Of a stretch of DNA of 64,000 bases, positions 1-10,056 are shown in pieces. Both the position numbers and the translations under genes were made by a program. Position 1 is the first letter of the stretch, and the number at the start of each line of letters is the position of its first letter. The notes beneath the pieces are model-generated. The model was not told the origin of the DNA. It ran no database searches and worked only from the letters and a program-made list of their open reading frames with translations. The DNA lies in NCBI GenBank assembly GCA_045803545.1, contig JBJMOW010000005.1:1024001-1088000 (forward strand), in the 5' to 3' direction. Source of the DNA: Gemmatimonadaceae bacterium. Lineage in GTDB: Bacteria; Gemmatimonadota; Gemmatimonadetes; Gemmatimonadales; Gemmatimonadaceae.

Positions 1-56
1 TGTGCGTTAAGACGGACGGCGGGCTCGACGTCGGTGAGGGTAACGAGGACCTTCAC
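1..56 (-). CDS. 5' end of a CDS running off the window ([18 protein letters not shown]...), product unknown
   Basis: GTG (56-54) overlaps the mog TGA as GTGA; frame stays open to the window edge. Confidence 0.5.
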   Translation of the reverse strand, partial: MKVLVTLTDVEPAVRLNA

Positions 57-577
57 GCGCGGTGCGGACCGGCGTTGACCGCCGGGCCCCCAGCCGGAAT
101 ATGCTCGGTGACCCTGCCGCTCAGGACATCACACGCATGCTGGATGATCGGATCCAACGCATCGAGGCCGTCGCGCACTCCGCTGGGCGAGCCCGGAAGA
201 TTCACGATCAACGATTTGCCACGCACGCCGGCGACACCGCGGCCCAACGCCGCGCGCGCGAAGTTCGGCAGCGCCATCACCCGAATTCGTTCGGCGATTC
301 CTTCCGCCTCGCGCTCGATGACTGCCCGCGTCGCTTCCGGTGTCACGTCGCGCGGCGCCAGCCCGGTGCCGCCGGTCGTGAGCACCAGATCGACACGGTC
401 ACCATCACACGCCTGAATCAGTGTTCGCACGATCTCCACCGTGTCGTCAGCGCAGCTGGTGGCGGCAACCAGATCGAACTTCTTTGCTTTCACCCAGCCA
501 ACGACGACAGCGCCGGAAGTATCCTGCCGCTCGCCTTTCACCACTGAATCGGATACTGTGACCACCGCAACACGCAT
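53..577 (-). CDS. mog: MogA/MoaB family molybdopterin adenylyltransferase
   Basis: [27 protein letters not shown] and NLPGSP motifs. Confidence 0.93.
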   Translation of the reverse strand: MRVAVVTVSDSVVKGERQDTSGAVVVGWVKAKKFDLVAATSCADDTVEIVRTLIQACDGDRVDLVLTTGGTGLAPRDVTPEATRAVIEREAEGIAERIRVMALPNFARAALGRGVAGVRGKSLIVNLPGSPSGVRDGLDALDPIIQHACDVLSGRVTEHIPAGGPAVNAGPHRA

Positions 578-581
578 TAAC

Positions 582-612
582 CGGGAGGCGGGAGGGGGGA
601 GGCGGGAGGGGG
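582..612. repeat. Tandem heptamer repeat (C/G)GGGAGG x4
   Basis: cgggagg cgggagg ggggagg cgggagg between gcvT and mog. Confidence 0.85.
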
Positions 613-614
613 TC

Positions 615-1718
615 TCACAGCCGGCTTCCGTTCTTGTAAAACGGCATTTTCACGACGGTCGCAGGAATTCGTTTGCCGCGAATCTCGATCTCCAAAACAG
701 ATCCTTCCGCCGCGGACGCAGGAGGTACATACGCGGTTCCAATCGGAATCCCCAGCGTCGGGCTCATCGTTCCGCTTCGCACTTCCCCACTCGGCGCGCC
801 GTTCACGAACACCGGATAACCGTGACGAGGGAACGCTCGCTCGCTCGTCGTGAATCCAATCAGTTTGCGCGGCACGCCCCGCTCTTTCTGCTTCACGAGC
901 GCGTCGCGCCCGACGAAGTCGCCTTTCTTGAACTTCACCAGCCAGCTCAGTCCCGCCTCGAGCGGAGTCGTGGTATCGTCGATATCGTTGCCGTAAAGCG
1001 CCATCCCCATCTCGAGGCGCAGCGAATCGCGTGAGCCGAGCCCGGCCGGCGTCACCTCGCCCGACTTCGTGAGCGCGTTCCACATCTGCGGCCCGTGTTC
1101 GGCGGGGAAATACAATTCGAATCCATCTTCGCCGGTGTAGCCGGTGCGCGAGATGTAAACCTTGTCGACCCCGGCGACGGTCCCGGTCTGATGCTCGTAG
1201 TATTTGATCTGCGCGAGGTCTGTGTCGGTGTGCTGCTGCAGAATCCTCTGCGCCTGCGGTCCCTGCAATGCGAGCAGCGCGATGTCGTCGCTGATGTCCT
1301 CGAGCGTGACATCGAATCTTCCGACGTACTGTGAGATGTGCGCGAAATCCTTCTCAATGTTGGAGCCGTTGACCACCATCAGCACACGATTGTCCGAGCG
1401 GTAGACCAGGCAGTCGTCGACGATCGTTCCATCTTCACGCAGAATGGTCGAGTACTGCGCCTGACCCGGCTTGAGCGATGCGACGTCGTTGGTGGTCACG
1501 AAGTTCACAAAGTCGACTGCCTCCGGTCCGCGCACTATGAACTCGCCCATATGGCTGACGTCGAACACCCCCGCCTTCTCCCGCACCGCCTTGTGCTCGG
1601 CGGTGATCCCGGTCGGGTACTGGACGGGCATCTCGAACCCCGCGAACGGCACCATCTTGGCGCCGAGGGCGACGTGGGTTTCGTATAGTGGCGTCCGCTT
1701 GAGAGTGGCTTGGGTCAT
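615..1718 (-). CDS. gcvT: Glycine cleavage system aminomethyltransferase T
   Basis: [44 protein letters not shown]; start set at MTQATLK. Confidence 0.97.
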   Translation of the reverse strand: MTQATLKRTPLYETHVALGAKMVPFAGFEMPVQYPTGITAEHKAVREKAGVFDVSHMGEFIVRGPEAVDFVNFVTTNDVASLKPGQAQYSTILREDGTIVDDCLVYRSDNRVLMVVNGSNIEKDFAHISQYVGRFDVTLEDISDDIALLALQGPQAQRILQQHTDTDLAQIKYYEHQTGTVAGVDKVYISRTGYTGEDGFELYFPAEHGPQMWNALTKSGEVTPAGLGSRDSLRLEMGMALYGNDIDDTTTPLEAGLSWLVKFKKGDFVGRDALVKQKERGVPRKLIGFTTSERAFPRHGYPVFVNGAPSGEVRSGTMSPTLGIPIGTAYVPPASAAEGSVLEIEIRGKRIPATVVKMPFYKNGSRL

Positions 1719-1795
1719 CGCAAAGGGGTCGTTGCCCCAATATGCGCGATCCAATAGGTGAATTGGAGTGCCACCGTGACAATTTGGCAGCAGAG

Positions 1796-1831
1796 AAAAA
1801 CAAAGGGCGCCCATCCGACAGATGCGCGCCC
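1796..1831 (-). terminator. Probable intrinsic terminator of the 1860-2384 gene
   Basis: gggcgc-c-catc/gatg-c-gcgccc stem with an A-run on the + side (U-tract on -). Confidence 0.55.
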
Positions 1832-1838
1832 CTCAGAT

Positions 1839-1859
1839 CTTCCCGCTTCCCGCTTCCCG
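1839..1859. repeat. Tandem heptamer repeat CTTCCCG x3
   Basis: Three perfect units abutting the stop codon of the 1860-2384 gene. Confidence 0.85.
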
Positions 1860-2384
1860 CTAGTCCACCAGCTCTCCAGCGGTGACTTCGCGGACCTCGC
1901 CGATATCTACGCGCGAGCCGGTCACCATTCCCTTCAACACCTCGAACAGCACCACCGGCTTCGGCTTGTTCACCTTCATATAGGTAGCGGATTCGGCCTC
2001 GACCATGATCAGCGTAATCCGCGGATCGTTTGGTCCACCGTCGCGCTCGCCACCTGCGTCACCGAAATATGCCTTCCAGTCTTCCTTATACAGCTGGCGA
2101 ATTCGGTTTTTGTTCTTCGAGACGTGAGCGACGCCGGCGACTGACACCCACTCGCGTGACTTGTTGTTGAAGTAAGCGAGGTTCACGTGCGGATCGTAAG
2201 CGAGCTCGTCGAGCTTGTTGGTGTCGCTATCCGTCACGAACCACAGATCCGCGCCATCGATGCGGTCCTGGGTCGCCATCGGTCTGGAGACGAGCTGGCC
2301 ATTGGGGCGGCGAGTAGTAAACATCGCCGTCTCGATTCCCCTGATCAGGTCATACAACTCGTCGATCTTCTTTGAGTTCGGCAT
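1860..2384 (-). CDS. Pyridoxamine 5'-phosphate oxidase-like / general stress protein 26 family protein
   Basis: AMFTT..LVSRPM, LWFVT...K, WVSVAG, DPRITLI pattern; start at MPNSKK. Confidence 0.85.
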   Translation of the reverse strand: MPNSKKIDELYDLIRGIETAMFTTRRPNGQLVSRPMATQDRIDGADLWFVTDSDTNKLDELAYDPHVNLAYFNNKSREWVSVAGVAHVSKNKNRIRQLYKEDWKAYFGDAGGERDGGPNDPRITLIMVEAESATYMKVNKPKPVVLFEVLKGMVTGSRVDIGEVREVTAGELVD

Positions 2385-2396
2385 GCCCACGAATTG

Positions 2397-2412
2397 TGCA
2401 TTAAGGGTGCCG
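2397..2412 (-). promoter_or_regulatory. Candidate sigma54 -24/-12 promoter
   Basis: Minus strand CGGCACCCTTAATGCA = GG-N10-GC with GGCAC and TGCA. Confidence 0.5.
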
Positions 2413-2423
2413 ATAAAGCCCAA

Positions 2424-2455
2424 GAAGAAAGGCTCACTTTCGTGAGCCTTTCTTC
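2424..2455. terminator. Intrinsic terminator downstream of the HYR genes
   Basis: Perfect 14-bp stem gaagaaaggctcac/gtgagcctttcttc. Confidence 0.75.
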
Positions 2456-2486
2456 CGACGATTGAGCTGGTTCATGTACGCAGGCT

Positions 2487-4280
2487 TTATGAACCCCCGC
2501 GGACCTTGCCCCTGATTACGTCTGAATTGCTCGCCGGCGCACAACCCATCACTGCCAGGATTCTGCTTCCCGCGTTGAGCATGTAGGCGGCGTCACCAGT
2601 CGAGATGTTCGAGTTCTTTTTCTGCACCATGCTCATGAAGTCATACATCTTCTTGCATGCCGGAGAACCGCCTGCACTGTCATCGGAGGCAGACTGCAGC
2701 TGATTGACTAATGGTTGGACCGTACCATCTGGGAAGTTCCTTGACTTAACCCAGTCGATCAGGTTGCCGATCTGGAGGTGCGCATTGACCACGACGACCA
2801 GGAAGGATATGGACGAGTTGTTACCAGCGGCGTCCCACGCTGTGCATTTGACGGGCGTCGTGTCCATTGGGAATAAGCTGCCCGCGGCGGGCTCGCAGGA
2901 ACGCGCGGTCACGCCGACGTTATCCGTCACAGGAACGTTATCGAACTCCACGAGGGCGCCGCTCGGGCTTGTGGCGTCTACGGTCCAAACCGACGCAGTG
3001 TTCGTCATGTCCCAAACCGGTGCTTCCACATCGTAGACGTGAATGTCTTGCGACGTCGTCACTGCATTCTCGGCGCGGTCGGACGCCGTCCATGTAATCG
3101 TCGTTATGCCGACAGGATAAGGCGCATCGATCGGCTTGGCATCGCTACGCGTGCCGGCAATGGTGACGTTGGCGTCGCCGCAGTTATCAGTCGCAGTGGG
3201 TGGGGTGATGACAACCATCGCGTAATTCGCGCCGGGATCATTGTCGACGCTATCGTTGGCAGGCAGAGGCAGTGTGAAAGCCGGCTTCTGGAGGTCGCTG
3301 CTCGGAATAAGCGAGAAGCGTACTGCGTCACGTTGCAGCGAGAAAAATCGCTGTACACGCGGTTGGTCCATAAGCAAATCGGTGCTCCAGAAGGTGTCGA
3401 AGTTGGCAACCGACCCAGTCGCGTCTTCGATGCCCTGAGTAACGGTGTGGCGGTTCGTGAGCACCACCCTGCTGGTCGACATCTGCATGGTGTTGATGGT
3501 GATGTCGTTCGACCCCTCGGACAGAACCACCTGTGCTGTCAGACGGCCTGCCTGCGGCGAGATCGCCCCTACGCTATTGTTGTCGTTGTACTCTGGGATG
3601 TTGTTGTATTGAAGAATGAATCTGCGATTGGGAGCGGTGCCGCGTGTTTCCCAGCGGATGGGATCAGGAACCATATCGTCCTGCCAATCCGCCCACGCGA
3701 CGGCAATGATGTTATTGGGAGCTGACGTCGACGGGATGGGGCCGGCGCCCGGATATCCGTCCTGGCCCCTCTGGGTTGACGGAACGGTGCCGAAGAGAAG
3801 GAGACCATTCGAAGACACGTTGACCTTGTCGTATGTCTGCCCCTGGAAGTTGAAACTGAAGCCAAGCGGCACGTCGCTATCCGGAATGAACATGTCGTCG
3901 AGCACTGGGTAAGGCACAACGTTGACGGTGTCCTCCCAGGCGAACCCGGGCTTCGACTTACTGTAGCCGTTGAAGGTGCCAGTCCCACTACCGCAGGCGG
4001 CCGCGCTGGCCGCCGCCGACTTCGAAGCTCCGACGACGTTGCTGATTGGCTCGAGCGGAACCATGGTGGAGGAACTGCCAGGTATCGACGCCGCGGATAT
4101 CGAATCCTTCTGGGCGGCGGTATAGCTGATGAAGTTCGTCGGATGCACCCGGACGCGGATCGAGCCGTCGGGTGTCAGCATCGTTGACGTCGTATATGTG
4201 TCGCAAGAGACCGCGGCGACCAGGGCTAGTGCCCCGGCGAAAGACATCAGAGCGGTCGAGAAGGCGGTGGGGCGGCGCAT
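2487..4280 (-). CDS. Secreted/lipoprotein with nidogen-like domain, 2 HYR repeats and helical C-terminal domain
   Basis: Signal with VSC, LGFSFNFQG...SSNG...IAVAWAD domain, YPVGITTITWTASD and CTAWDAAGN HYR motifs; paralog of 4419-7340. Confidence 0.8.
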   Translation of the reverse strand: MRRPTAFSTALMSFAGALALVAAVSCDTYTTSTMLTPDGSIRVRVHPTNFISYTAAQKDSISAASIPGSSSTMVPLEPISNVVGASKSAAASAAACGSGTGTFNGYSKSKPGFAWEDTVNVVPYPVLDDMFIPDSDVPLGFSFNFQGQTYDKVNVSSNGLLLFGTVPSTQRGQDGYPGAGPIPSTSAPNNIIAVAWADWQDDMVPDPIRWETRGTAPNRRFILQYNNIPEYNDNNSVGAISPQAGRLTAQVVLSEGSNDITINTMQMSTSRVVLTNRHTVTQGIEDATGSVANFDTFWSTDLLMDQPRVQRFFSLQRDAVRFSLIPSSDLQKPAFTLPLPANDSVDNDPGANYAMVVITPPTATDNCGDANVTIAGTRSDAKPIDAPYPVGITTITWTASDRAENAVTTSQDIHVYDVEAPVWDMTNTASVWTVDATSPSGALVEFDNVPVTDNVGVTARSCEPAAGSLFPMDTTPVKCTAWDAAGNNSSISFLVVVVNAHLQIGNLIDWVKSRNFPDGTVQPLVNQLQSASDDSAGGSPACKKMYDFMSMVQKKNSNISTGDAAYMLNAGSRILAVMGCAPASNSDVIRGKVRGGS

Positions 4281-4310
4281 CGTAACTCTCATGAAGAGGG
4301 TTACCAGATA

Positions 4311-4401
4311 GACGACCACGACCCCCAAGCTCAACAGCGTTAAGGGCGCCTACAGGCCCTTAACGCTGTCTCACAGATACGTTGCGAGAATCAGATTTGT
4401 G
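4311..4401 (-). promoter_or_regulatory. Conserved upstream element, copy 1 (promoter/operator or cis-RNA)
   Basis: Colinear blocks shared with 7381-7472; perfect 14-bp inverted repeat at 4334-4369. Confidence 0.65.
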
Positions 4402-4418
4402 AGTAGAGCCTCGCCTGT

Positions 4419-7340
4419 TTATCCGCGGAAGCCCAGGCTGCGGGTGCTGGCCGGCGCCGCTACTCCGGCGCAGCCAAGTACGGACTGAATGCGTCTGGCG
4501 TCGGTGACCATCTTCGACGACTGCGCGGTTGAAAGCGAGCCGTTCTTCACCGACACAAGGTGGACGAAGTCGTCCATTTTCTTGCACGCCTGTGCGCCCG
4601 ATCCATCGCGGTCAGCCGAATTCAGCTGATTTACGAGCGGGTTAGCAACACCGTTGCTCAGGTTTAGCGAGCCGATGTAGTTCACCAGGTTGATGATCTG
4701 GTCATGTGCGCCCAGCACCTCTACGCCGAATCTGCCCGTCGTGCTGTGGCCAGCGGCGTCGCTAGCGACGCAAGTGATCTCCTTGTAGCCGATTCCCACT
4801 ACGCTGCCAGAACTCGGCTCGCAGACGAAGGAGACGACTCCAACGTTGTCCGTCGCGGTTGCAGAATACTTCACCACCGCACCACTCGGCGAAGTCGCGT
4901 TTACGGTGAAATCGCTCGGCACGGTGACGACTGGTGCTTCTTCGTCGCGCACGGTGATGGTCTGCGTGGCCGACGCGCTATTGCCAGACGCGTCCGTCGC
5001 TGTCCACGTGATGGTAGTCACGCCGACAGGATACGCCGCGGAGAGTGCTGCACGATCGCTACGCGCGCCATCGACTCTTACGAGCGGGCAATTTTCCTCG
5101 ACCGACGGCGAGCCGGTGGCGACGACTGCGCTCGGCAGGCCACGATCATTCGGCACCGATAGACTGCGCGGCGCCGTGATGCTTGGATTTTCCTTATCCT
5201 GCACCGTTACCGTCTGACTTGCCGACGCAGTTGCGTAGTCGTAGTCGGTGGCGGTCCACTTCACAGTGGTGACGCCCTTCGGATAGACAGCGTTGAGCGC
5301 CTGACCATCGCTTCTTTCACCAGCCAGCGACCAGCCATCGATATCGTCGTGCACAGAGGCAGCGCCGACGTTTACGCTGGCGACGCACACACCGCGATCA
5401 GTGTTGGCGACGATGTTCGCGCCCGGGGTTACGACCGGCGGAACGTTGCCAACAACGGTAACGGTTTGCGAAACTTTGGCGATGTTCTGTGAACCATCCT
5501 TTGCGGTCCACGTGACGGTTGTGACACCGACCTGGAATACCGCGCTGAGTGGCTGGTTGTCGCTGCGCGCGCCATAAACCTCGACGCTGCCGCAATTATC
5601 CGACGCGCCTGGCTGAGAGAGCGCCACGGTGGCGCGCGGGACGCCGCGCTCCTGCCTCACTGAGATATTGGAAACGGCTTCGAGCGATGGCGCCTCGAGA
5701 TCGTTGACAGTCACGAGCTGGTCAGCCGACACACTTGCGCCATCGGCGTCGGTCGCTGTCCACGTGACCTTGGTCAGGCCCTTTGGATAAGCCGCATCCA
5801 GGGCAAGCTTGTCGCTTCTTTCGCCGACAAGTTTGACTCCATCGAGATCGTCCTTGAAGACGGGCGTACCCAGGCTTGCGATGTTCGCAAGGCAGGCGCG
5901 CGCATCCGTGCTCACGACGATGTTCGCCGGCACCATCAGCTTGGGCGCAACGTTCGGGGTAACAGTAACGGTCTGAGTCGCGGACGACGAATTACCAGAC
6001 GCATCGAGAGCCGTCCAGGTGATCGTCGTCACACCGAGAGGGTAGCCGGCGTTGAGCGGAGCGTTGTCGCTGCGCGCACCAGACACGACGGCATCGTGAC
6101 AGTTGTCGCTGGTGACTGTCGCAGTTCCGACGCTCACCGAAGCGAAGGACACCGTGACGTTCACTCTCACCGAGATGTTGTCCGGAGCGGTCAGCGCCGG
6201 TTTTTCCTTATCGGCGACAGTAACTGTTTGAGTGACGCTCGACTTCAGTCCTTCGACGTCGGTCGCCGTCCACGTCACCGTGGTCGTGCCCTTCGGATAC
6301 GCAGCGCTCAGCTCGAGCGCGTCGCTGCGGACGCCGGTGATTGTCGCGCCCGGCGCATCATCCGTGAACACCGGCGCCGACAGCGTGGAGCTGCCAACGC
6401 AGGCCTTGGCATCAGCGTCGAGAGAAATGTTCGAAGGCGCCGTAATGACCGGCGGCTTGTTCGGCGAAACAGGCGTGAACTTTAGCCCGTCGTTAGTCAA
6501 AGCGAACTTCGCGCTGTCGCGACCGGCCACGAAATAGGATTCTGTCGCGGCGAGATTTTCGATGCCCTGCGTAAAGGCGCGCTTCGCGACCGTCGTGCTC
6601 AACTCTGTCGTGTAGAGCGCGATCTCATTCGATGATTCGTACAACACCAATTGTGCGGTGATGTGGCCGTTTCCGCCGTTCTCACCAATGTTGGTGAACT
6701 GCAGAATGAAGCGGCGATTCGGCGCCGAGCCGCGCGTCTCGTACTTGATCTGGTTGGTAGTTACCGGAACCCAGTCAGCCCAGCCGAGCGCGATGATGTT
6801 GTTGTTAACGTCCTTGAGATGAATGAACCGGCTCCAGCAGCAGCCGTCCGTCATGTTGGTCGGGTTGCCGTTGGCATCGAGTGCGCCAAATCCGACGATT
6901 CCGTTGCTGCCGATCGTCAGCTTGTCGAAGCTCTGGCCGTAGAACGCGAAAGTGAACCCGAGCGGGACGCCGGTGATTACGCAGTCGTCGCAGATCTTGG
7001 GCACCCTGACTGTGGGCGCCGCTTCGGGCGCAAAGGCGACAGCCGCGACGGTGTACGTCGGCGCGCCGGTGGCCGCCGAGAAGGAGCCGTCGGAAGGAGC
7101 GACCAGGTTCGCGCTCAAGCCGTTGGTGCCGAGTCTGGATGCAGCGGCGGCGACCAGCGGGTTCTTGAGCGAGTCGGGATAGCTGTACTCGATAACGGTG
7201 ACGTCGTCGCTCGAGGGCTGAGGGGTCATCTCCGGAGCCGTGCTCTCGGAGCAGGATGACACGACGGCGAGCACCGCAGTGCTCAAAGTCATGGTTCCAA
7301 GAAACCGTACAAAGCCCGAAATGCCAAGCGTGCGACGCAT
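4419..7340 (-). CDS. Secreted/lipoprotein with nidogen-like domain, 7 HYR repeats and helical C-terminal domain
   Basis: Signal with SSC; repeated RSD..L...YP.G.T.(V/I).WTA.D units. Confidence 0.85.
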   Translation of the reverse strand: MRRTLGISGFVRFLGTMTLSTAVLAVVSSCSESTAPEMTPQPSSDDVTVIEYSYPDSLKNPLVAAAASRLGTNGLSANLVAPSDGSFSAATGAPTYTVAAVAFAPEAAPTVRVPKICDDCVITGVPLGFTFAFYGQSFDKLTIGSNGIVGFGALDANGNPTNMTDGCCWSRFIHLKDVNNNIIALGWADWVPVTTNQIKYETRGSAPNRRFILQFTNIGENGGNGHITAQLVLYESSNEIALYTTELSTTVAKRAFTQGIENLAATESYFVAGRDSAKFALTNDGLKFTPVSPNKPPVITAPSNISLDADAKACVGSSTLSAPVFTDDAPGATITGVRSDALELSAAYPKGTTTVTWTATDVEGLKSSVTQTVTVADKEKPALTAPDNISVRVNVTVSFASVSVGTATVTSDNCHDAVVSGARSDNAPLNAGYPLGVTTITWTALDASGNSSSATQTVTVTPNVAPKLMVPANIVVSTDARACLANIASLGTPVFKDDLDGVKLVGERSDKLALDAAYPKGLTKVTWTATDADGASVSADQLVTVNDLEAPSLEAVSNISVRQERGVPRATVALSQPGASDNCGSVEVYGARSDNQPLSAVFQVGVTTVTWTAKDGSQNIAKVSQTVTVVGNVPPVVTPGANIVANTDRGVCVASVNVGAASVHDDIDGWSLAGERSDGQALNAVYPKGVTTVKWTATDYDYATASASQTVTVQDKENPSITAPRSLSVPNDRGLPSAVVATGSPSVEENCPLVRVDGARSDRAALSAAYPVGVTTITWTATDASGNSASATQTITVRDEEAPVVTVPSDFTVNATSPSGAVVKYSATATDNVGVVSFVCEPSSGSVVGIGYKEITCVASDAAGHSTTGRFGVEVLGAHDQIINLVNYIGSLNLSNGVANPLVNQLNSADRDGSGAQACKKMDDFVHLVSVKNGSLSTAQSSKMVTDARRIQSVLGCAGVAAPASTRSLGFRG

Positions 7341-7380
7341 CGTATACTCGGTGAAGGGGTCTGGTGGGTAACACCTATAA

Positions 7381-7472
7381 GACGACCACCGAGTCCAAGC
7401 TCAACAGGAGTTACGCCGCGCTGGCTGGGCTTAACCCCTTCTCACAGATACATTTCGAGTAGCAGATTTGTG
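7381..7472 (-). promoter_or_regulatory. Conserved upstream element, copy 2
   Basis: gacgaccac, ccaagctcaacag, ttaac, ctcacagatac and cagatttgtg blocks match copy 1. Confidence 0.65.
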
Positions 7473-7569
7473 TTCGAGCGATCTCACATTTCTGCGGAAC
7501 CGGCTGCGCTCCTTTGCTTTGGCGTGCGTGAGTCGTCAGGGGTGCCGGGGCTCCTTTGCGCGGAACTAC

Positions 7570-8511
<942 letters not shown>

Positions 8512-8563
8512 TGGCTCATGAGTTGCGCGAAACGTTGGATGGTTCTGTGCGTCGGAAATATAG

Positions 8564-8612
8564 AGGGAGGCGAGAGGCGGGAGGCGGGAAGCGGGAAGCG
8601 GGAAGCGGGAAG
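8564..8612. repeat. Tandem heptamer repeat CGGGA(A/G)G, about 7 units
   Basis: agggagg cgagagg cgggagg (cgggaag)x4 in the divergent argF/dehydrogenase intergenic region. Confidence 0.9.
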
Positions 8613-8648
8613 CGATTGTGGCAACTCACTCTCACACCGAGTCGAACA

Positions 8649-9818
8649 ATGGATTCATTGATTCGTGGATTCTTCAATTGCGCGGTGATTGTTGCGCTTA
8701 CTGCTTGTCACAGTGATTCGACCGGTCCAGGTGATGGCGGCTCCACTCCACCCCCAGGACTGACCCTCAAATTCAACTCTTTTCTTTCGGCTGGTCTGAA
8801 TGGACCTGTATTCCTGACTCAGCCGCTGAACGACGGAAGGATGTTCGTCGTCGAACAAGGCGGACGCATTCGCGTCGTACGTGATGGCGCGCTGCAAGCG
8901 ACGCCGTTCCTCGACATCTCGAGTCGAGTGTTGAGTGGTGGCGAGCGCGGATTGTTGAGCGTCGCGTTTCATCCTCAGTACGCGACCAATCACTACTTTT
9001 ACGTCTACTTCACGACTCAGACCAACGGCGACATTCGGATCGAGCGATTCACTACGACAACGAATGCCGAAGTTGCTGATCCAGCGTCATCGAAACTGAT
9101 CATAACCATTCCGCATTCACAGTTCTCCAACCACAACGGCGGACTGGTATCCTTCGGACCCGACGGAATGCTCTACGCGGGAGTTGGAGACGGTGGCAGC
9201 GGCGGCGATCCCAACGGCAATGGTCAGAACTTCAATGCCCTGCTCGCGTCATTGATACGCCTTGATGTGGATCACGGCGATCCATACGCGATCCCGGCCG
9301 ACAATCCATTCGTGAACCAGACCGGAAAGCGCGGAGAAGTTTGGGCGAAAGGACTGCGCAATCCGTGGCGCTATTCGTTCGACGCTGCAACCAGTTTGCT
9401 TTACATCGCCGATGTCGGTCAGGATGCTCATGAAGAGATCGACGTCACGGCTACCAATCGCGGCGGGCTCAACTACGGCTGGAACATCATGGAGGGATTC
9501 AGCTGCTACAGTCCCGCTTCCGGCTGCAACCAGACGGGCCTCGAGAAGCCGCTCATCGATTACCCGCACAGCCAGGGATGTTCGATCACTGGCGGATACG
9601 TTTACCGCGGCAACGACATTCCCGACATTCGCGGCCACTACTTCTACTCGGACTACTGCACGGGTTTCCTGAAGAGTCTTCGCTACTCGAACGGCACCGC
9701 GGTTGACCAGAAGGATTGGGGAATAACCAACAGCTCGGTGACGTCGTTTGGCGTCGATTTCGCCGGAGAGCTGTACATGATCACCGGCAACACCATTCTC
9801 AAGCTGGCGCAGGGCTGA
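8649..9818 (+). CDS. PQQ-dependent glucose/sorbosone (aldose sugar) dehydrogenase family lipoprotein
   Basis: LTAC lipobox, GERGLLSVAFHP, HNGG..FGPDGMLY, IPADNPF, GLRNPWR, DVGQ, NYGW. Confidence 0.9.
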   Translation: MDSLIRGFFNCAVIVALTACHSDSTGPGDGGSTPPPGLTLKFNSFLSAGLNGPVFLTQPLNDGRMFVVEQGGRIRVVRDGALQATPFLDISSRVLSGGERGLLSVAFHPQYATNHYFYVYFTTQTNGDIRIERFTTTTNAEVADPASSKLIITIPHSQFSNHNGGLVSFGPDGMLYAGVGDGGSGGDPNGNGQNFNALLASLIRLDVDHGDPYAIPADNPFVNQTGKRGEVWAKGLRNPWRYSFDAATSLLYIADVGQDAHEEIDVTATNRGGLNYGWNIMEGFSCYSPASGCNQTGLEKPLIDYPHSQGCSITGGYVYRGNDIPDIRGHYFYSDYCTGFLKSLRYSNGTAVDQKDWGITNSSVTSFGVDFAGELYMITGNTILKLAQG

Positions 9819-9831
9819 TGGAGGGCGAGGC

Positions 9832-9981
9832 ATGATTCGGAAGATCAAATCGGGCGAATACAGACTCTATTCGCGCAAGAAAAACCCGAAGACGGGACGC
9901 CGTCGCAACCTTGGCACCTTCAAATCGCTGGCAGCGGCCAAAAAACACGAACGTGCCGTGCAGTTTTTCAAGCGCGGATAG
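9832..9981 (+). CDS. Small basic protein, 49 aa (MIRKIKSGEYRLYSRKKNPKTGRRRNLGTFKSLAAAKKHERAVQFFKRG)
   Basis: ATG after GGAGG, fills the intergenic gap; absent from the ORF track because of its size. Confidence 0.8.
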   Translation: MIRKIKSGEYRLYSRKKNPKTGRRRNLGTFKSLAAAKKHERAVQFFKRG

Positions 9982-10056
9982 ACGGCTGTTCCAAGGGGTG
10001 CGCGCCGCCGTCGCGCATCATATGTTGGTAGAAATGCACCGCAACATTTCCGACGC

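Noticed and set aside
1719..1838. Glycine riboswitch upstream of gcvT
   Set aside because: The conserved GGAGA, CCGAAG and CUCUCAGG blocks are not present on the minus strand
7494..7566. Short direct repeats gctcctttgc x2 and gcggaac x2 after argF
   Set aside because: Too short and few to assign; no riboswitch or CRISPR pattern
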